A stretch of DNA of 64,000 nucleotides from Tubulanus polymorphus (lineage: Eukaryota > Animalia > Nemertea), in assembly GCF_964204645.1 (NCBI RefSeq), contig NC_134031.1, positions 6,696,001-6,760,000 of the forward strand. Direction: 5' to 3'. The position numbers and the translations under genes were made by a program. The stretch's first letter is position 1. Each line of letters opens with the position of its first letter. The notes under the pieces are model-generated. The model made no database searches, was not told the origin of the DNA, and saw only the letters and a program-made list of their open reading frames with translations. Positions 38,230 to 49,416 of the stretch are shown here, piece by piece.

Positions 38230-38560
38230 AGTAATTACAACATAGCGTTTTCAGATCAGAGGTCGAGAGGTCGAGTTGCCCCCATTTTTCGACCACCTAA
38301 TTTTTTTTCTATATAAATGGCCAAAAAATCTATAATATAATTTAGATGATTTTACATTTTAAGATAGATAAAGCTATACAATGTGACTTAGAAAAAATGT
38401 TTGAAGGAAAAGGTATTCAATGTGATTTAGATGATGAAATTGATAGAATTAGAAAATATTATCCTGATGAAATAGTTTACGGTAGTTGCGGCAGAAGATT
38501 AACCGGCTAGTTGATCTAGTGTATCCTTTATTTGATTCTTGTTGAATTCTAGTCGCAGCG
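38230..38560 (+). mobile_element. Terminal relic of a second, related Polinton
   Basis: AGTAATT..TTTCAGATCAGAGGTCGAGAGGTCGAG..T8CTATATAAATG aligns with the reverse complement of 14926-15012. It also carries a CTAG/GAATTC motif. Confidence 0.75.
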
Positions 38561-38955
38561 GCGTCAACTTGAGTTCAAACAAGAATTAAATAAAAAGCAC
38601 ACGAAAAACACGTAATTATAACGAATTCGTATAACGTTGCGCAAAATGAGAAAAGACCTCATTGAATATGATGCAATAACCAATATTCTAGTGTGTGATC
38701 TGCGAGAATGAATGGAATTATGTGCGTTTTTATTAATACGTGAATTACATGATACAAAATTCAGTTATTTCACTGAACAGAAGGAAAAATTAAGATGTTT
38801 TCAGACTTAACGAAAATACATTTTTTTTGCAAATAGAGTCCTTTTCGTTCGCTAAATGACCTAATCGACACATTCAATTTATCTACAAATTTTACAAATA
38901 TTCAATGAATATTCAATTCATGAATAATAATTGTTTTCATGGAATTCGCCGTCAT

Positions 38956-41700
38956 TTATTTCCGTGGTGCGGGAGGGAGATTGACGTCACTGGCGATAAG
39001 TTCGCCGTCCGTTTCGCCTTGGTCCAATAATTCAAGAATACGAAGAATGCTTAAGTTTTCCTGCGAATAAAAAAATGTCAGCATTCAACTTTCTATCTCC
39101 AATGTATAATTAAGCCCGCTATTTTCTTGTATTGATTTTCTGTATTTATCTGCTATGTGCAAATGTCTTTTGTTGAGCAATAAACTTTGAATTGAATTGA
39201 ATCAAATTGTATACACGCAACACCTGGTCCCAGTTTCACAAAAAGTTTCAACTCTAAAATCGATTTAATTTCTTCATTAATTCAGTTTATCTTAAATCGA
39301 TTTAGGCCTTAATCCTTTTGTGAAACTGGGCTCTGGTGCCACGGTACGTACCATCAATGAGCCGACATTTTGTTGCGGTTCGGTACAGAACGGTTTCACC
39401 CGGCGTATCATGTCAAATATGTCCAAGGAAACCACTTCGCCTTTAAAGAAGGCTTCGCCGCTATAACCAAGCCCTGTCGGTAGGAAATCAGGTATCAATC
39501 GGTTAATTTTCGATAATGAAAGACAGAGAGAGGTCCTCACATATAATCATTCTGATATAGAATTTTTCAATCTTGGCTTCGTTATTGTGGGATTTCTCTC
39601 GTTATCGTCATACACGGATATTGTGTATCTTCTTGTCTAACAGAGAGACGTACTCGAATGTCAACCACGAAAAGGGTTATCCATAGCCGACCGGGGATAA
39701 ATTAAAGTTTGTGTGAACAACAGCTTCTGTGACCAGTTGCACTGTTAAGACTATTCTACGACCACCTAACAACTACGATTACGATTTTATTTACACTCCA
39801 ACCATTTCCATGGTATATGGAGGAAAACTATTACACATACAAATATTTACAAAACAACACTTGAGAACAGATAAAACTCCCCCTGGTGGCTATCGACTTA
39901 AATCACATTATCTGGTTATCAGCTTTTTATTTTCTAATGTAATTTAATTCATGAATAAAGAATGATAAAAATGTTAACTTCAAATTTAAGACCACCATTC
40001 AACTTTTTTGAACTGCGCAACTGAGCCTTGATCTTGTTCCCAACATCAATAATAAAAAGAATATGACGGAACGCATTGCAGCTTGAATGAAACAAATTTT
40101 TACTATACCTGGTTGTCCATTTCTAATCGTGAAACTGCTTAATTTGCAGCATTCCGCGTACGTAAAGTTCATATCTATGAACGAACTCGGGATGAAACGG
40201 AACGTAGAAGACACTATCGATTGCTTGGTCGTAACGTATTCTTCTTTTTTCGTCATTCGACCTACGCATAGAAATTTGAAAACGGAATAGTAAATGTCGC
40301 TGTTGACAGAGGGGAAAATACTGACTTATTCTACAATAATAGAAAATTGTAACATCCTCACTGGCTTGTTCTTACATTTTATATTTACATTATTGTAACA
40401 GCATAAATTTACGTATAAGCTTATATCATATTGTATAAATGCATTATGTAAAAACTTGCAGTTAAATCAATTTATTTAATGATAATGATAGTGAATAAGT
40501 TGGATTGTAAATTGATTCACTAGGGGGCATAGCGCATTACACCCAAATAGTCCGGGCCTATATATGAAAAACGTTCTGGTAACTTACGCAGAAAACATCG
40601 TCTGTGGTCGGACATATTATATTTCGAAATTGGACCGAATTTCAGATTTTTACATTTTCCGCCGGGTTGACCCTTATGCTTAACGTTCAGGACACCCTAT
40701 ACAGATAGAAAGTCCTCATTTATTTCACAATTCAAACAAATTCCGGACGAATAGAAATCCTTACCGCTTTCAGATCTGCAAATATGTCCAGAATGACGTA
40801 GTTTGAATATGAACCCTTCGCCTGTCTAAACGGGACTGTGGCAAAATCAACCCGGACGCGCCCTCTATAGGCGTCCGTGAATAGCCTGAAAATCAAAATA
40901 TATTCATAGTTGAACATCGAATAATAGGACACTTCCTGAGAAATGCATCATTGCTTTCCACAGAAAACTAAAAGAGAATTCTACGGAAGCGTCGTGGGGA
41001 CATATCTATTCTTTTAAAAAGTTGAGGTTAATTCCGAGTTGGTAACTCGGAATAAACTAGTTTTCTCAGTTAAAAGCGATTTTTGGAGGTTTATTCCGAG
41101 TTTGGAAAATCGAAATAAATTAGTTTCCTCAGTTAAAGTAGCTGAGAAAACTGAGAAATCCAGTTTACAAACTGGACCCGGTTCCACAGTCGTGAGTTAG
41201 AGTTAACTCTGAGTTAAAGTTAGTTCATTTCCAATTAGTTAACTCAGAGTTAAGTCTTAACTCATAACTGTGGAACTGGACCCTGTAGTTACCGAGTTTA
41301 CAAACTCGGAATAAACCTCCAAAAATCACATATAACTGAGGAAACTAGTTTATTCCAAGTTACTAACTCGGAATTAACCTTGTTTTAAGTAGATATGTCC
41401 CTAGGACGCTTCTGTAGAATTCAATACATATTTGCATAATACAATTGGGGCATGAGATTTCATCGATAGGAATTGTTGATGAAAAGTTCATTACCTTCCA
41501 TAGAGTTTGATATCAGGGTTTTTGGCATTGTCTACTTTTTTGTAGGTTACTTCGGTAAGCGCTGTCATTGCTTTCGGAAAGCAGCCGCATTCCGAATCCC
41601 CGAACCTCAGTGTAGTTTTCACGAAATCATTGATCGACGGACCGTACGATGCCGTAGCCACTTGGAGCCCCATAAAAACAATCAGCAATAAACACTTCAT
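38956..41700 (-). CDS. Secreted Cys-patterned protein, copy E
   Basis: MKCLLLIVFMGLQVATAS..; six exons ending LIASDVNLPPAPRK*. Confidence 0.72.
39227..39332. mobile_element. Harbinger/PIF-type MITE family 1 (CTG TSD); another copy at about 34931-35032
   Basis: CTG-GTCCCAGTTTCAC...GTGAAACTGGGCT-CTG. Confidence 0.75.
40976..41422. mobile_element. Foldback TIR element with a nested Harbinger-type MITE (about 41176-41282)
   Basis: GAATTCTACGGAAGCGTC..GGACATATCTA / TAGATATGTCC..GACGCTTCTGTAGAATTC, with AACTCGGAAT repeats. Confidence 0.75.
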
Positions 41701-42267
41701 TGTCCTTCCGTTGAATCTGAAATCGTAAGATTCAAGAGAATTCGTCAAACCCCCATGAGTAATTTTAGTGAACCCTTATAAAAGGGTTCGAAAAAATGTA
41801 CCCATGACTAGCACGCAGTTAATATTTGATGCTAGGGTAATAAAACAATTGAAAATGAAAAAAAAAATTCAAAATTCTATTCGAACTCAAAATTACCCGA
41901 AAACTGGTGGAACTACCAGACTTACCTCGGATCCGACCGATAGCGAACTGAGCTCTGTGTCCCGAATTCTAAGTCATATCAGTTTTTTTTCTAATATTGT
42001 GATATATTTGCTCAATGATTATGTAACCAATTAGTTTGTTTGTTAAATTCCTATATAACTATATAGAGATCTAGACCATAATTGTAATCTGTTATTCGTA
42101 GTTTGTCTGATAGCCCATTCCATATTTTGTCATCGTTAGGGGAAATCTTTGGCAATAAATTCATTTAATTATTTGAAAATGAGTTGTTTACTTTTTTTGC
42201 TCATATGGATATTCTTCAATTACAAACAAGAACGACGAAATATTTATTGCAGTCTAAGTGTTTGGCT

Positions 42268-42625
42268 GTATCATGGACTCTAAAACGTTTTAGAGTCCAT
42301 GATACAGGGCTTGATTGCCGCCCGCCGAGCTCACGCCAACGTAAACCCTGGCCACCAACCCTTCATTGGTCTACTACACCATCCAAGATTTCTTGAGCGG
42401 ACAGGTTGCCACTCAGCGGCCACTAGTATATACGTCGTCTAGCCAATCAGATGCTTTGCACTGATAGTGCGAATCTGCCGGTGAAGAACAACGCATCTGA
42501 TTCGTTTAATACATAGACTGGTGCCCGCTGACCGACAACCTGTCCACCCAAGAAATCTTGGGTGGTGTAATAGACCATGGACTGTCTATGAATGGACCAA
42601 TGAAGGGTTTGCGGCCAGGGTTTAT
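42268..42625. repeat. Perfect 38-bp palindrome followed by a foldback element
   Basis: GTATCATGGACTCTAAAACGTTTTAGAGTCCATGATAC, then long inverted arms AACCCTGGCC..CCAAGATTTCTTG / CAAGAAATCTTGG..GGCCAGGGTT. Confidence 0.7.
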
Positions 42626-42959
42626 GTTGGTGTTCTCAAGTTATGAGTGTATCGTTAACAAATGTGTTTATTCTCGGTGTTCATCTTTTTGGCGTCTACA
42701 CAAAAATACCATAGAAATTGCCCAATAATGGTTTTTACTCAACATGAAGATGTTTTTACGCCACGACAACCAAGCCTAATAACAAAATTGATAGATATAG
42801 GCCGGACGCCCGTGACACCCGACAGTTTATTAGCCAATTAGCCAAAAGTTGCAAAATATGGTTTTTATTCGACATGAAGATGTTTTTACGAGCAAGTCGA
42901 GTGTATCATATATCATTATTTGGCAAATTTGTTGGTATGATACAATAATTAGTACAATC

Positions 42960-43132
42960 AAATATGAAATGTATTGCGGATATTATCGGGACATAAAGAG
43001 CCGAATTCGCCACGGAAACGTGTGCGAGGTAATATTATCTGGTTTTTTTGGTTTTGTATTCAAACATCTATTTAAAAAAAATCTAGATAAGAAAAATGAA
43101 GTGTTTGTTTGTTACTGGTCGCATTGATGGGT
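42960..43132 (+). pseudogene. Inverted fragment of the family's upstream region and exon-1 start
   Basis: ATGAAGTGTTTG..CTGGTCGCATTGATGGG, plus upstream sequence that is the reverse complement of about 20750-20790. Confidence 0.6.
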
Positions 43133-43283
43133 CTCTTTCTATTTTTCAACTTTGTAACATTGTTAAGAATAAAGATTAGGTAATTATTTAAGGCAGGTAA
43201 TTTCAACTCTCATCATGAATAATAACATATACATTATTTTGAGGAATATAATAATAGACTTTGACATTATGAAAAACTTTCAC

Positions 43284-43546
43284 AACGAACTTTCATTTTG
43301 GCGCCCCCGCCAAAACAACGAAAAACGTCCAATTTTCTCTAAAAGTTCGTTTTGGCGCGCCAAAACAAAGAAAATTCCGTTTTGGCGCCCCGCCAAAACG
43401 AACTTTCATTTTGGCGCCCCCGCCAAAACAAACTTTCGTTTTGGCGAAATTTCTCTAAAAGTTCGTTTTGGCGCGCCAAAACGGAGAAAATTCCGTTTTG
43501 GCGCCCCGCCAAAACAACGAAAAACGTCGAAATTTCTCTAAAAGTT
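43284..43546. repeat. Minisatellite of hairpin units TTTTGGCG(CCC)CGCCAAAA
   Basis: About seven units with recurring, non-unique linkers. Confidence 0.85.
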
Positions 43547-44123
43547 CAGGAAAACTGATTACACTAATCAGCAAAGATTTATTGATACATGTATATGAAT
43601 TGAATAAATTGAATATTATTATGAGAACTAAACCGACTTAGTTTCCTCTTTCATTGCTTTCCGGATTTGTTTGAGGCACGTACAGTCGTTATTGCCTGTG
43701 CGGAAATCACGGATAGTGATTATCAGCTCCATTCCATGCATGTAATGAGGAATTTGAAAAAAAAAAAAATTTCATTCGAAACAAATTGGCGCAGGCTGCC
43801 TTTGGATCCGAAAAACATTTTGTGAGACATATAGCTTATAAGGCGAAGGCAAGCAACGAATCCTACAGCAGCCTGACGCAACTTTCTGAGAATTCGAGAT
43901 TTTCTTTTTACAAGTATAATGAATAGCTATGAAGGATGTTAAGTTGATTTACACGCTATTCACAAACGCTTATAGACGACGCGTCCGGTGAGTATTCAGC
44001 GAAAAAAACAACTTGCTAATATTTCAGTTACTGACGTTTCCAATGTTAAATCGGGAACTGGTGCTAATCAATTCAGTGAAAAGTTATACATTGTATCGAA
44101 AATCATGAAATAGTTGCAGCCAA

Positions 44124-44454
44124 TAGCCGCGATCACACGAGCATTTTTGGCACAACTGTTCACACGGGTGCCAAATGAGCCCGAGCCTGTTTGGCCCGGG
44201 GCCAATTTTGGCCCGACCAAAAACGTCGGACCAGGCCCGAGTCAAATTTTAGCACCAGACAAATGATTGCGTTTGAATTGCAACTGGTACCGGAAATGAT
44301 CCACTTCGCTTTGTTTGAGCATTGTTTTTATTTAGTATCGAGTGAATGGTTTGCGCGTGAACGCGCTCTCTAATTAGGCACGGGCCAAATTTGGCCCGAG
44401 CCTGATCCGTGCCAATTTGCCCCGGGCCAAATCGTCTCCGTGTGATCGCGGCTA
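44124..44454. mobile_element. MITE with TIR TAGCCGCGATCACACG
   Basis: Perfect 16-bp terminal inverted repeat; internal TTTGGCCCG repeats. Confidence 0.8.
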
Positions 44455-45334
44455 ATGACACATAATAAACAATTTTGAGGCGCCCTCCTAAAAGTGACAT
44501 ATTCTTTTTAAATTGTAACTGCGTCCGATTGTTGCAGCCGTAAAAAAATAAATAAACACCATCAGAAATATAAGTTATAACTTTTAGAATGATAGAAGGA
44601 TACATAACGTTAATTTCTGTGGCAAAAAGCATCTTCAGCCGTCAAGCGATTCGAACTCACCAAGCTTAATCCGTTTCCCGCTGATGGCAGCGGGTTCGGG
44701 GAGCGATTCCGGACCCGTCGCAAGCGAGGATGGGCATAAGGAGGATGGACGACAATATTGTGCTAAAGGTTTTAGTGTAAAATATGTTAAAATCTGTACA
44801 ACAATGCGGGACCTGTGGAACTGCCTCAAAATGGCGCCTCGTAATAAACTGGAAACTTCCCTATCGAAACGGTTTCTTGAGGATGAAGTCAATTCTTTGA
44901 TCTCTATACCATACGGCGTTGGTAAATCATGACAGTAATTTTCGTACACCAATTAAAAATCATCTCCAAAAAACATCCGTTATCTGTTTTCAGTTCTCAG
45001 CAATCTATCTGCGTGCTTCCTGTCATATTATTCTTGAAAAGGGGATAGAGTAATCCAGAAATAGATCTGATTAGATAAGAATTTTATTGTATTTTGTGTC
45101 TTGTTGTGGCTTATTTAAAACATTGGACTCTCCACCGAAGACTTAATTCTGTAATGGAATATGTTTTATTGCTCAATTAGAATACAGTTGTTAGAGCACA
45201 AAAACGAAGATTATACAAATTCAATAATCATTGATTAATTATATTATCAAATAGAGTCTTTTTTACAAAATTTTCCTAATCAACACACAATGATATTCAA
45301 TTCATGAATCTTTTTTTCATAGAATTCTTAATAT

Positions 45335-47562
45335 TCAATTATTTCCGTGTGGTGCGGGAGGGAGATTGGCGTCAGTGGTGATAATTTCGCCGTCCGTTTT
45401 GCCTTGATCCAATAATTCAATTATACGAGGAATGTGCAAGTGTTCCTGCGAATAAAAAACGTCAAAATTCACATTTCTATCAAATTTTATACCCCGGTTC
45501 ATGCAACACCCTGGGCCCAGTTCCACAGTTCTGAGTTAAGATTTGACTCTGGGTTAAAACATTGAAAATGAACTAACTTTAACTCAGAGTTAACTCTAAC
45601 TCACGACTGTGGAACTGGGTCCTGGTGCCGGGATACGTACCATCAATGGACCGACTTTGTGTTGCGGTTCTGTGCAGAACGGTTTCACCCGACGAATCAA
45701 GTAAAATATATTCAAGGAGATCACTTCGCCGATATAAAAGGCTTCGGTTTTGTCATCATCAAGCCCTGTCGGTAAGAAATCAGGTATGTATTAGATGATT
45801 TTCGATGAGTCTCTCATAACTAAAGGGAAAAAGAAACACCCGAATATTTCAACCCTGAAATTATCAACCCTGAAAGGGGTTATTCATAGCCATCCAGGAA
45901 TAGCAAAATGTGAACAACTCCTGGAGCTAGTTGCAGTGTCATATCTCAGACTATTCTAAGACTAGGCCAGTCTCCAATCTAACAACTTAAAGAGTTGAGA
46001 CCACTCTTGAACTTTCGGTCACAGCTTTACCCTGCTTTTGTTTCCAAAAGCATGCATAATTCAACTTGCGATTGACACATTTTGGAATTTTCGAATTGGG
46101 TTTTGAAATCATGATAAGAAGAATTTGTACTATAGACGCATTGTAGCTGGAATTAAATGATTTTTTGGGTTAGCCTACCTGGTTGTCCATTTCTAATCGT
46201 GAAATTGCTTAATTTACAACATTCCGTGTACGTAAGATTCATATCTAGAAACGGAATTGGGTTGAAGCGGAACGTAGAAGACACTATCGATTGCTTGGTC
46301 GTAACGTATTCTTCTTTCTTCGTCATTCGACCTACGCATAGAAATTTGAAAACGGAATCGAAAATTTCGCTGTCGATAGAGAAAAAAGGAAATACTGACG
46401 AATGTTCTACAATGATAGAAAGAACTGCAGTTGGAATTTGATGCGGGGCATAGCGCATCACCCCCCAAATAATCCTAGCTTATACATGAGAAACGTTGTG
46501 CCAGGACCCTTGTAATTTCATTTAGACATTTTCATATCATATTGCCATATGTTGTGGAAACTTACGTAGAAAGCAGCGTTTCTGGTCGGACATATCATAT
46601 TCCGGCATCGGAACCAATTTAAGATTTTGACATTTTCCACCGGGTTGGCCCTTATGCTTAACGTTCAGGACGCCCTATAAAGGTATCAGATTCCCCTAAA
46701 CCTAAAGTGCTGAAAATTGGCTTTGAGAATCAAGAAAAAAATTACTTCACCATATGTTTTAATGAACGTGTGAATCTTTCTTTCGTTCCTCGGCGAATTA
46801 TTCTCTAAATCGCGTCACATCGAAAATTCAGTTAATTTTCTTGCAGTAAACAAAACAATTTGTAGAATACTGTATTTTTGAAAATGATTGGAAGTAATCA
46901 TAGGTACCGCTTTTAGATCTGCATAAACATCTAGTATGACATGGTCGGAATACGCATCATTCGCTTGTCTTACCGGGGCGACTGTGGCAAGATCAAGCCG
47001 GATGCGACCCCTATAGGCGTCCGTGAATAGCCTGAAAATCAACACAATCTTTCTTACATATCCGATCTTTATGCTTACAGGTATGGCTGGGTCCTAATTG
47101 AAGATTGATACGATATCAGTGAGAGCTACGTAATATGATGATCGAATATCGATTATGAGACACAATTTGAACAATGCCGAACTGGGACGGTGAATTTTTT
47201 TCTTATGAGTTTTGTAGGCTTAAGTGAATGAGCTTTCTAGATATAATCATAGATATTTTCTTCTCGCAGGGAACCAAAAGAGAATTTAGTCTTTACATGA
47301 TATAATTTTTGCAATCTGAGGACATTTCGGAGATGAACACTATTGATGAATGATAGATTCATTACCTTCCATAGAGTTTGATTTCAGGATTTTTGGCTTT
47401 AGCTAGGTTTTTGTAGGTTAGGCCGAGAATCGCAGTCATTGCTTTCGGGAGGCAGCCGCATTGCGAGTCCCCGAACTTCAGTGTAGTCTTCACAAAATCA
47501 TTGATCGACGATGCTGTGGCCACTTGGAGCCCCATAAAAACAACCAGCAATAAACACTTCAT
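45335..47562 (-). CDS. Secreted Cys-patterned protein, copy F
   Basis: MKCLLLVVFMGLQVATASSINDF..; six exons ending DANLPPAPHGNN*. Confidence 0.72.
45514..45621. mobile_element. Harbinger/PIF-type MITE family 2 (CTG TSD); related copies at about 41176 and 56766
   Basis: CTG-GGCCCAGTTCCACAG...CTGTGGAACTGGGTC-CTG. Confidence 0.78.
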
Positions 47563-49416
47563 TGTCCTTTTATATTTATCTGAATGTGTAAAATTCAAGG
47601 GAATTCGTCAAACCCCCCATGAGTAAATAGTGATCCCTTCTTTATTAAATAAAGGGTTTAAAAAAATGGTCCATGACACGTTTAATATCCTCAATGCTAG
47701 TGTAAAGATCAGTCGTCAGGAAAGATGTTCAAAAAAAATTCAACGCAGGCTTAAACTGCAAATAACCCTCTTTAACCTCCGTGAAAATTGGAAATATGGC
47801 TTCAAGATATACTTAGATATTTCAAAATCAATAAATATTGCGATTTCTTTTACGCGCGGTTAAGATATGCGGTCCTTGGTTTCACATCGTCACTGTTCAA
47901 AAATTCCAAGAATCGCCAAGAAATATCTGCATTTCATTTCCTTTAAAATGGTGTATAAATTAAGTTCATCGAGCAAGGGACTGCAGAACTATGTGATATT
48001 CAATCTAAACTTATGTTTTGAAAATGAGCGCAAATTATCGCAACAATGGGGACCTTGAGGGACCGCCACAAAATGGCGCCTAGAAACTGGAAACTTCTTT
48101 ATTGAAAATGAAAACAAATTAATTCTATGTTAACTCAAACTTGGCACGATCTGTGGTGGAACTACCGACGGGTATCGGATGGAAACAAACTCAGACTTAC
48201 CTCGACCAATAATGAATTCAGCTATTCTAAGTCATACTGTGCAGTTATCGTTGATGATACTGCTAAAATTATAACCACTTAGTTGGTTGCTGAATTACGT
48301 AATTATGTGTAGAGATAGCACAATTACAACCTGTTATTGCAAATTTGTCTGGAAGCCCTTTTTGCTTATCCTTTAATAACAAAACATGTGTTTATTTATT
48401 GCTGTCATGGTTCGTTTTATCAACATAGAAATAACGCCTTTGAGGATAAAAACGCGCTGCGTATTGAGCAGAAATGTCATCAAGCAATCGCCCTCAGTTC
48501 ACGTTCAAATTAAAGTTTACGCTTAATTTCACGGAAGAAATGTGAGAGATGAAAAAATATTGAGAAATTCACAGTTTTTTTTTCATTGAGCACAAACTAC
48601 ACCAAAGAATAAAAAGTTAGTAGTTCCGCGCGGAGGCTACCATTGCGTAAGCCGCTGGCACCAGCCGGCCACCCAGATAGAATTGAAAGAAAAAGGAAAT
48701 GAGAAAGAAAATGAGTTTTGGAGTGACGAAGTTCGCTACTAGGAATGTTTGCGGAAATTAGGGGTGGATTTTGGGGAGTGGACCGTGTTGAAACATTTTC
48801 ACGATCATATTCGCCCACATCTGCTTATTTCGTTACCACGTAGTCGTAGTCAATATGAGGACTCAATAAAGTAAAAATTGAATTGGTTTATCCGCAACAT
48901 CCACCATTAATGTTGAGATTTTTAGATGCTCCCTCAATGAAATCCATTAGCTAAATACATGATTAAGCTTGCTTATGAAATCAAAATCTTTTTTTGGGTT
49001 CAATTATATTTTTGAATGTTTGGGATGATGGGAGAAATATAATTTTAATCAGCTAATTAAGAATAAAATCTTGAAATATGAAAGTTTTGTTTTCAAAAAA
49101 CTGTCGGTACATCGGCTACATCGACTGTGGGAGCAAAACGATAACGGTAAAGAAAAATGTTTTATTGCTGTTTGAACTGCTAAAACAACTGAGTTTTTCG
49201 AAAACTGAATGTTTAAGGTTAAGAGGCGGATACAGGGTTTGATGAGGAAGAACGAGAATGCTTATAAATGTAATTTTACCTAAATTCTGCGAAATTGTTT
49301 AGTATTTGAATCAGCCGCGGCATTTGGAGGGGGCGACACTGGACGGTTAGAATTGTTTTCGTCAGCTAGCGGGCCGGGATTATTAAATTCGAATTACTCC
49401 TTCATTCAGGTAGAAT

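Noticed and set aside
43284-43546. CRISPR-like palindromic repeats
   Set aside because: The linkers recur rather than being unique spacers, there are no cas genes, and the context is eukaryotic. It is a minisatellite.
44635-44952. 105-aa ORF and overlapping ORFs
   Set aside because: No recognisable motif or splice context, so no call can be supported.
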